64,000 bases of DNA from Neoconidiobolus thromboides FSU 785 (taxonomy: Eukaryota; Fungi; Entomophthoromycota): NCBI GenBank assembly GCA_025603075.1, contig MU626319.1:45365-109364 (forward strand). Reading direction: 5' to 3'. Under the pieces are notes generated by a model, which saw only the letters and a program-made list of their open reading frames with translations, was not told where the DNA came from and made no database searches. Below are positions 55,854 to 64,000 of the stretch, in pieces (position 1 is the first letter of the stretch; each line of letters begins with the position of its first letter). The position numbers and the translations under genes were made by a program.

Positions 55854-56306
55854 AGTTAGCAAGCTTTCTAAATAACCTATTTATCGCTTTTGCAAACTAT
55901 ATTTAAAATAAACCTTGAATAGTAGTCTATATTTTTCCTCACTATTGTATCTCTTTTCTTCTGAGCTGAATCTATGTTGTTTTAATAAAAAAAATATGTT
56001 TAATATTTAATGTTCTGCTAATATTATTAAAAGCGTTATTAATCTCCCAAATGATTTGCTATTAAGCTGAAATAAACAATAATTAAGCAAGTGGTGATAA
56101 AGGCAACATTAAAAGGTGCTTCATAACTTTTGCCTTTAGCTAACAGATTTTGTTCCATCTAAAACTGCTAACCAGAACTATTCCCTATTCAATCAATAGA
56201 GAAAGTACTGAGATACTTACAACTTAGTGTTAAACAGTGATTTATAGTCTATTTTTAAATACATTTGATTTCTTATTTTTTTATGTTAAATATGATAATT
56301 GAATAT

Positions 56307-56544
56307 GAGAGTTAGTTCAAAAACTTGGTTCAAATTTCGTCCAATTTGGTTTTTTCCAAAGATTGTAAATTAAGTGAGTACCTTTGTACTATGAGATTAG
56401 CTATTTTTTTGCTTAATTTCATATTACTCATATTGAAACGTTTTTATCCAGTTTTAATAATTTTTTAACATTATGTTATAGGGATGGTCAGAAAAGTGAA
56501 TTAGAAAATTTTATTTTCAACTTTAACTTAGCTTTGAAACACTC
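56307..56544 (-). mobile_element. ~238-bp element (family 2), right copy
   Basis: ATAT|GAGAGTTAGTTCAAA...TTTGAAACACTC|ATAT: imperfect self-TIR with GAG/CTC termini and ATAT flanks. Confidence 0.85.
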
Positions 56545-56547
56545 ATA

Positions 56548-56571
56548 TTAGAATTAGAATTAGAATTAGAA
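56548..56571. repeat. (TTAGAA)4 microsatellite
   Basis: Direct reading, adjacent to the family-2 element end. Confidence 0.8.
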
Positions 56572-57215
56572 CTTTCCAATTTTTAGAACTTTGGGAGAGT
56601 AACCAGCTTACAAGTGTTTTACTTTTAAAGGAATGAAAGTGTAAAAAGTTAAGGTGGAAAAGCAAAAATGAAGTAACGAGATATTAAAGTTAATGCAAAT
56701 AGAAAAATATTATGGTTTCCTATGTGTTAAAAAGGTAAATTAGTGTTAATAAGCTCTAATTCTGATAGTTAAAGCTACTAGTAAAGGATCTAATACTTAC
56801 CATTAATGTGATAGCAAGTTTAATTAAAGTAAAATAAAATAAAAATTCATAAAGTTTTACATTTCCCATTTAATAACCTACAGCTTTACTACTGTTACTC
56901 TGCTTCACTAAAGTAAAAATACGACTAACTCTAAGACATACTTTCTAATATGTATAGTGAAATCGATTGATGTTTAAAACATGTTATTATTAAATAAACC
57001 AAAACCTATTTTAAATAGTCAAATTTGAAAAGCTTATTTAAAAATTTAAAAATCACTTTATTATCCTATTAAATTTAAATTAATAGTATTATAAAGTTCA
57101 TATATTATTGAAAAACAATATGAGTATTTTTATAAATGTATTTTAAATTTTAAGTCATTTATTCGACTTGTTTAATATACATAATACTTGTTAATTGTAT
57201 ATAAATAAAATTAAC

Positions 57216-57241
57216 ATAATAATAATAATAATAATAATAAT
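57216..57241. repeat. (TAA)8 microsatellite
   Basis: Direct reading. Confidence 0.8.
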
Positions 57242-57582
57242 TAAAGCATAGCCAATAAATTTAGCCAATCTGATAACTTTATTGAATAAAATAAAAACAT
57301 AACAAAAATATTAAGCTCGATAATAACAATACTAAATGGTCTGAAAAGCCCTTCTTTTTGCCTAACGGGAAGATAACTTGTAAGGTAATACCCAATGCTA
57401 ATAAAACGACAATAAGTGAAAATAGAGAAGGAAAAGAGATACATCCATCCAACAATAGCATATAACAAAATGAAACAATAGAGTTTAAAACGTACAATAT
57501 ATATCATATGTCGAAATCTAACATAAATCCTGGAAATTTGAATAAAGTGAACCTAAAATAGTATATTTAGAACAAAGACATA

Positions 57583-58335
<753 letters not shown>

Positions 58336-58772
58336 AAAACTCAATTGAAACTAATAAATATATTCGAGTTATAAAATTAAAATAACTATTTAACTTAATA
58401 GCAAATAATATTTTTTCTAGTGATTAAGGATTTGTTTATTGTATATTGGTTTTGATAAAATAAATAACAATGCTCAACTGATAATACGAATATAAATAAT
58501 AATGGCTATGGAATAAAAATATCGTGTTTTATAAGTGATTATATCCATTGTCTGGTTAAAAATGAAGAGATAATGTATACTATTAACTTTTAGTCAAAGA
58601 AAATTATATATGACCGGAGGAGAGGGAATACATGTATTTATTAGCTCTAATTAGTGAATGCTTGGTGAGCAGGGAATATTTTGAATAAGGTAATGATAAA
58701 TAAATAAATAAATATAGCAATTTAGTATAATTTATTAAAATTTATTATTTTGGCTAAGGAAAATAACCATTT

Positions 58773-58869
58773 GGGGATGTTTTTTAGCTTCATTACTTTT
58801 TCTATCTTTTAAGCGCTATTTGGGTAGAGGAGTTCTTAGTAAAATTCTTAAACACAAAAATATATCCCC
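58773..58869 (-). mobile_element. MITE family 1, copy K
   Basis: Reverse copy flanked by direct ATTT/ATTT (non-palindromic, so a true duplication). Confidence 0.9.
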
Positions 58870-58979
58870 ATTTACACTTTTTAACATATCACTAAAGTTA
58901 AGAACGATTAAAAATTAAAAATGATATATAAAGCAAGTTGTTATTTATTTAAATTCATCAAAAAATTATAAGTTGTGAA

Positions 58980-59729
58980 TTATAATGATTGAGTATGTTC
59001 CAACACCCTATTATTGTTAAATAGCAAGTTGAAATATGCCCAATCACTAATACTCACATTATTCATAAACATACTATTATAAACATAGGAACAATTAATA
59101 TCATTGTGAAGTTTAGGAATTATATGGCTGTTGCTATTGTCATAATCAAAATCTAACACTTGTTGATTGCTATCCATCATAGTATATAGACTAGCATTAT
59201 TTGTAAAATTATTAGATACAATACTAGTATAGTTATTAGTGAAAGCCGGATTGATACTCAAAGTATTATCATATACATTATCAAAAACGGAGAGTGGACT
59301 GATAGCAGAATTATTAAAGTCATCATAATAAAGCAAATTTGGATCAATCATCGGATTATTATATTCATCAAAAAAAGGAATAGGAATAAGATTTAAAGAA
59401 TTGTTGTGATTGACATTAAAGGGAGTTACTGGGCTTATGTTTGAGCTATTTACATTGCCATTACCTGTGATATTATTTAAAATAGTTGATTTAGACTTCT
59501 GCCGTGCATTTTGAAACCAATTATTAACTTTGCGGATCGTCACGTTTAATTCTATGGCAATTGCTTGCTTATCTATTTTATTTGGCTTTTTGTTCTTCTT
59601 AAAATACTCCGTTAAATATTCCCTTTGGTATGGTTTGAAGGTAACTTTGCTGCTGGGAACACTTTCGTTTTTTAGTAGCTCCCCTATTACATCCGAACTC
59701 AAACTGTGCCTGATGCTTTTTTTCCTCAT
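58980..59729 (-). CDS. Homeodomain transcription factor with Asn/Tyr-rich tail
   Basis: VTFKPYQREYLTEYFKKNKKP..IAIELNVTIRKVNNWFQNARQK; single exon, 249 aa. Confidence 0.88.
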   Translation of the reverse strand: MRKKSIRHSLSSDVIGELLKNESVPSSKVTFKPYQREYLTEYFKKNKKPNKIDKQAIAIELNVTIRKVNNWFQNARQKSKSTILNNITGNGNVNSSNISPVTPFNVNHNNSLNLIPIPFFDEYNNPMIDPNLLYYDDFNNSAISPLSVFDNVYDNTLSINPAFTNNYTSIVSNNFTNNASLYTMMDSNQQVLDFDYDNSNSHIIPKLHNDINCSYVYNSMFMNNVSISDWAYFNLLFNNNRVLEHTQSL

Positions 59730-60176
59730 TTTTTGTAATTAAACACAATATCTATTTTTTATTTATATATACTTCTAGAGTAGTGAGTATTTCATTATTT
59801 TAGATAAAAGTGATGATACTGTAAAATAAAATGATTGTTTATAGACATCATTTAAATCTCATTTTTTTAATAAAATATTTAATTTTATTATTCATTTACT
59901 AAGTTTGTCTCATCTCAAACATTGCTAATAGAAATAAATTTTAATACTAAGTTACATAAAGTATTACTAATTTCGTAATCTTAAAAAAATAAACTTATTT
60001 TCATTTAAACTAAAGACTAAAGTAAACGATAATAGTATCAATGTATGGCTATCTCTTTAAAAAGCTGGCATTACTATGCTTATTATCATTTGATATTACT
60101 AAGAAATATTATGATATATTCGAAAACAAGTAAAGATATAATATTAACTTTAAATCTTTTTTTTGAAATAACATAA

Positions 60177-60273
60177 GGGGATGTATTTTTGTGTTTAAGA
60201 ATTCTACTAACAAATTTTCCGCTTAAATAGTGCTTAAAAAATGGAAAACAATGAAGTCAAAAAAAACACTCTC
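60177..60273 (+). mobile_element. MITE family 1, copy L
   Basis: Flanked by direct ATAA/ATAA. Confidence 0.88.
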
Positions 60274-61255
60274 ATAAGTTAATTTTATTAAATTTGAGCA
60301 TGTGCTTTTATAATATCAATACTTAGAAAAGTAAGAAAACCATTCAAGTTGAATGGTTTTTAATAACAATAATGGTTTAAAAGACAGGTCATTACTACTG
60401 TTATTCATTTATGATAATATCACTCCTTTAATACTTATATATCATTTTGTTTATTATAAAGAGTTTATAGTATTGAGAGAAATAGCTATAAGACAAAGTA
60501 AACAAATTTTTTTAAATTTACTTATAGACAACAAAATAAAAAACAAAGGATAAATTTAGTAACTTTAATAAGATTAAGACCCTCTGACTTTTGATGCTTC
60601 TTGTTTTTTATCATTTGTAACTAACCCTAACATACTAGACTATACTGGTCGTAATATGGAAATCAGGATATCATTAAAGACCATCTAACAATAACTATAT
60701 TATGGTAGATATGATGATTGAGCTTGAACGAGTTTATGAAGCATAGGAGTAGTGTAAATTCCTTATTATAATAAACCTTTTTTATAATTAAAATATTGAA
60801 ACTGTAAACCTCATATTGTGACTATACTCAAAACATAAACACAATATTCTGTAAATAATCAATATTTAATGCTAATAGTTGTTAAGTTTGAAAAAATCAA
60901 GTAAAAGAAAAACACATTGCCTTTTTAAGTTTTAAAGACCGAGTTAGACTAATCGTATATGCCATATAGACCAAGATAAACAAATGGTTAATATTAATTT
61001 TAAAACGAAATAAAATTATACAATTCATTATAACTCTTTAAAAGAAATATCGATATCATTTTACAGGTAGCTTTTTGTCAAAATTTGTGATTTAACCTAA
61101 AATATTATATTTATTTTAATACTATTTTAAAATCAATTTGACTATTTAATAAAGTAGATTGATAATATGAATTCCTTTATTGATTGTAGGGGATATTAGA
61201 GCTAGCGGTAATGGTACATTCTCTTTACAACTTATTAAAGGATAGTTGAATATTG

Positions 61256-61976
61256 CTATCTGCCTTGAATTGTAATTACACTAAAAAAACTATTATAATA
61301 GGCACTAGTATTAAGTATATTGTTGATAAAGTAGTTACTAAAATGCTAATAGAATCTTTCATTATAGGAATCATTACAAGTACCATGATTGCTGTTAATT
61401 TCACGAGTAGTGCAATCATTAATGTACTTATCAATAATTTCAGGGATGGAAGAAATAACATATTTATCGTTAGCGATCCCGGAGTTATAATAGTTAACAA
61501 GACGTCTATTGTTGCTATGAATTTCAGGAATGTGGTGGTTATTAAAATAGCTGTCTAGAAAAAAATCAAATGCTCATTGATTATTGTAATTCATATAGTA
61601 AACATCACTGGGTGGAATGTTATTATTTTTACTGATACATTTTGGAGCACTAATTAAACCACTACATTTATCACAATAATAAGAAGTCGGATTCAAATTT
61701 GAACTATAGTTATATAGGTTACTTACGGTGTTATTTGGAATTATCAATACATGCTTTTGACTCATATTTTGAAACCAGGTATCCACTTTATATCTTAGTA
61801 CTTTTAACTTAATCGCAATTTTGTAAATATCCTGGCTGTCTGGGTAACTATCCTTTTTAAAGCATCTCAATAAGTATTTTTTCTGGTAAGCTCTAAAACT
61901 AGTTTTATTACTATCAACGTTCCCATTTTTTAGCGGCTCATCTGCTACATCAAAGTCCAAATTATAACTAACCCAT
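61256..61976 (-). pseudogene. Second homeodomain gene, probably decaying (two premature stops)
   Basis: TSFRAYQKKYLLRCFKKDSYP..IAIKLKVLRYKVDTWFQNMSQK. The frame continues past TGA (61574-76) and TAG (61346-48) as Asn/Tyr-rich sequence to TAG at 61256. A start at ATG 61976 would need a 31-nt intron. Confidence 0.65.
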
Positions 61977-63039
61977 CCCTTTTCTAATTTCTTGTGATTA
62001 AATTGTTTCTTAACTTATAGTTTATATAGTTTATAGCAAACAAGTATTTTACAATTAAATAAAAAGTCAATATGATAGGCTTATAAATAATTAAACAAAC
62101 ATCATTCAAGCTTATTTATTTATCAACTACTTCATTGTTTATTTACTTAGCTATTCACTTCATCCTAAGTATTGATTATTAGAGGTAAAATTCACAACAC
62201 TGAGCTCTATGCAAAATAACTGAATTTTATAATGTTTATGAAAAAAGACTTATTTTTTATTAATATATTTAAGCTGGAATCAATAAATCGATAATAAATA
62301 ACATAATATCACTGGCTTATAATAAGGCTCTTTTTATTACCCACCATGAATGAAGTATTTTATTTATTCAAGAAAAGGTATTGAGCATTATTTGTTTTTA
62401 TTGCGTTATATATTCTAAAAAACAGAACAATATTAATATCATAAAAGCACATGCGGAAGTTTGTTAAACTCAACTTCACAAAAGAATAAGTGTTACTTTG
62501 TAAGTCTAATATTTTCATGTCTTATCTTTATTAATAAATTTAACTTTATTCAAATTGCTATCTCATTTTTTTAAATAATAAATATATTCTAAAAAACGAT
62601 TTATTAATATTACTCATTAGAATGTGTCACTTCAACTAAAACCATATTTTGTTTATTATAAAGAGGTTAAAATTTAAGGAAACGGTTATAAAACAAACTA
62701 AATTCTAGAGCTAATAAAATTTTGTCTAAAAGACTAATAAAAAATAATAAAAATAGATTAACAAAATAATAAAATAAAAATCTCTTGGCCTATGCGAATC
62801 ATTTATTTAGAAATTAAAGGCTTATACTTAAAATTTAGAAATTGTTTATCTATTTACTTATAAACCCAATCATATGGATAATCCCTTTACTTTAACAACT
62901 ATTTTAAAGCTCTATACTTTATTTTGCTGATGTGAATAGTTAGATATCATAAAGTTAACATCAAGATATTAGTAAAAATAATATAATAATTTAGTCAAAG
63001 TCCTAATGAATTAAATTTAACTAGAATCACAGTAATAAA

Positions 63040-63340
63040 GGAGTATCAGCAAAAGGGTCACAGCTATTTTTAGTCAAAAGATTGCAGTTTTTTACAATCT
63101 AAAAGTGTAAATGATCTTAACACAAATTTGGCATAAAAGCTTTAATTCAAATAGTAAATCAAGTTAGGCTCCCTAAATTTATTATCAGGATTAATTTTAA
63201 ACTAAAAACAATGCTGTAATATTGAAGTTGCATAAATCATTTAAAGCCTTGTTTATAGCTCTGCATTATAGATGATTCAATTTCATACAGTAAGTCATGA
63301 AAGCCTTTGAAGCTAAGTAATAAAACATAATTAGAAAGGA
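63040..63340 (+). pseudogene. Stop-riddled coding fossil of unknown origin
   Basis: One frame reads EYQQKGHSYF*SKDCSFLQSKSVNDLNTNLA*KL*FK**IKLGSLNLLSG... with repeated TAA/TAG codons. Confidence 0.3.
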
Positions 63341-63413
63341 ATAAGATTAGTATAAATAGAATGAATTGGAGTTGAAATCCAATATTAATTTATTAAAACA
63401 ATAATATATAACA

Positions 63414-64000
63414 ATGATTTGCAATAAATTTATACTAAGTTTAACTTTATCAGCAGTATTAGCTCAAAACGCAAACCCAGCTTCTAATCAAATACCACCT
63501 CCATCAAATATAAAGCCTTCTAATGGACCTCCAAACCAAGATTTACCTCCACAACTTGCACAACCTCAAAATAACTTACAACCTAATGGACTCCCTAATG
63601 GACAATCAGGCAACCCGCTATCTCAAAACCCAACCCCAATAAATCCTTCACCACAAGCAGCAAATGATCCAAATTGGGCAGTACCATACCAAGCTAAAGA
63701 CGTTTTTTGGGCAGTACCAAACCAGGCTAAAGATGTGTTTTGGGCAGTACCAAATCAAGCTAAGGATGTGTTTTGGGCATTAAAGGATGGTAAGGCGCCT
63801 GGTCCATCTAATAATAATCCTCCATCCGGTCCTCCTCCTTCTAATCAAGGGCCACCAAATGGACCACCACCATTGGGTCAAGGGCCACCACCAACAGGAC
63901 AAAACGGACCACCAAATGGCCCACCACCTAATCAAGGACCACCAAATGGCCCACCACCTAATCAAGGACCACCAAATGGCCCACCACCTAATCAAGGACC
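63414..64000 (+). CDS. Secreted Pro/Gly/Asn/Gln-rich repeat protein, 3' end off the window
   Basis: The frame is open from ATG 63414 to the window end: MICNKFILSLTLSAVLA|QNANP.., three WAVP(Y/N)QAKDVF units, then GPPNGPPPNQ repeats. Missing from the ORF track because it has no stop here. Confidence 0.85.
   Translation, partial: MICNKFILSLTLSAVLAQNANPASNQIPPPSNIKPSNGPPNQDLPPQLAQPQNNLQPNGLPNGQSGNPLSQNPTPINPSPQAANDPNWAVPYQAKDVFWAVPNQAKDVFWAVPNQAKDVFWALKDGKAPGPSNNNPPSGPPPSNQGPPNGPPPLGQGPPPTGQNGPPNGPPPNQGPPNGPPPNQGPPNGPPPNQG
63675..63779 (+). repeat. 33-bp coding tandem repeat x3 (WAVPNQAKDVF)
   Basis: TGGGCAGTACCA recurs every 33 nt. Confidence 0.9.
63906..64000 (+). repeat. 30-bp coding tandem repeat, at least 3 copies (GPPNGPPPNQ)
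   Basis: GGACCACCAAATGGCCCACCACCTAATCAA repeated perfectly to the window end. Confidence 0.92.

Noticed and set aside
55945-55970. CTCTTTTCTTCTGAGC after H4 resembling the metazoan histone stem-loop
   Set aside because: It does not form the 6-bp stem with 4-nt loop.
57241-57507. Hydrophobic 72/88-aa ORFs divergent from RPS5
   Set aside because: T-rich strands yield such ORFs by chance; there is no motif, and two overlapping frames look equally plausible.
58980-61976. Homeodomain pair as a mating-type locus
   Set aside because: The genes are tandem rather than divergent and both are WFQN-type with no HD1/TALE partner; no pheromone receptor or HMG gene is nearby.

Overview
This is very AT-rich eukaryotic genomic DNA with dense, short (mostly ~40-60 nt) spliceosomal introns. 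The gene content and style point to an early-diverging, sterol-making fungus (Zoopagomycota/Conidiobolus-like; inference only). Recognisable genes in order: lipoate-protein ligase (partial), an Asn-rich orphan, ERG24, two small secreted Thr/Cys proteins, MKT1, PFK-2/FBPase-2, a hotdog thioesterase, AP-2 beta adaptin, Slh1/ASCC3 helicase, Tad1/ADAT1, a Dicer pseudogene, glutaryl-CoA dehydrogenase, PKC1, SEC18/NSF, a ~16-exon condensin II kleisin (CAP-H2) that the ORF track only fragments, histone H4, RPS5, two homeodomain genes and a secreted Pro/Gly repeat protein running off the right end. Intergenic DNA holds 12 copies of a ~99-bp MITE with 4-bp target duplications, two near-identical inverted ~235-bp elements bracketing CAP-H2 plus H4, and stop-riddled coding fossils. 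Highlights: (1) an apparently intact condensin II subunit, a complex absent from Dikarya; (2) a canonical AT-AC (U12-type) intron plus a second GT-AG U12-like candidate, implying a minor spliceosome; (3) a Dicer pseudogene and a transition-dominated decay signature; (4) an RNase MRP RNA candidate; (5) a Slh1 whose second helicase cassette has lost its ATPase motifs. All gene models were spliced by eye and family calls come from remembered motifs; no searches were run. No tRNA, rRNA or CRISPR array was seen.
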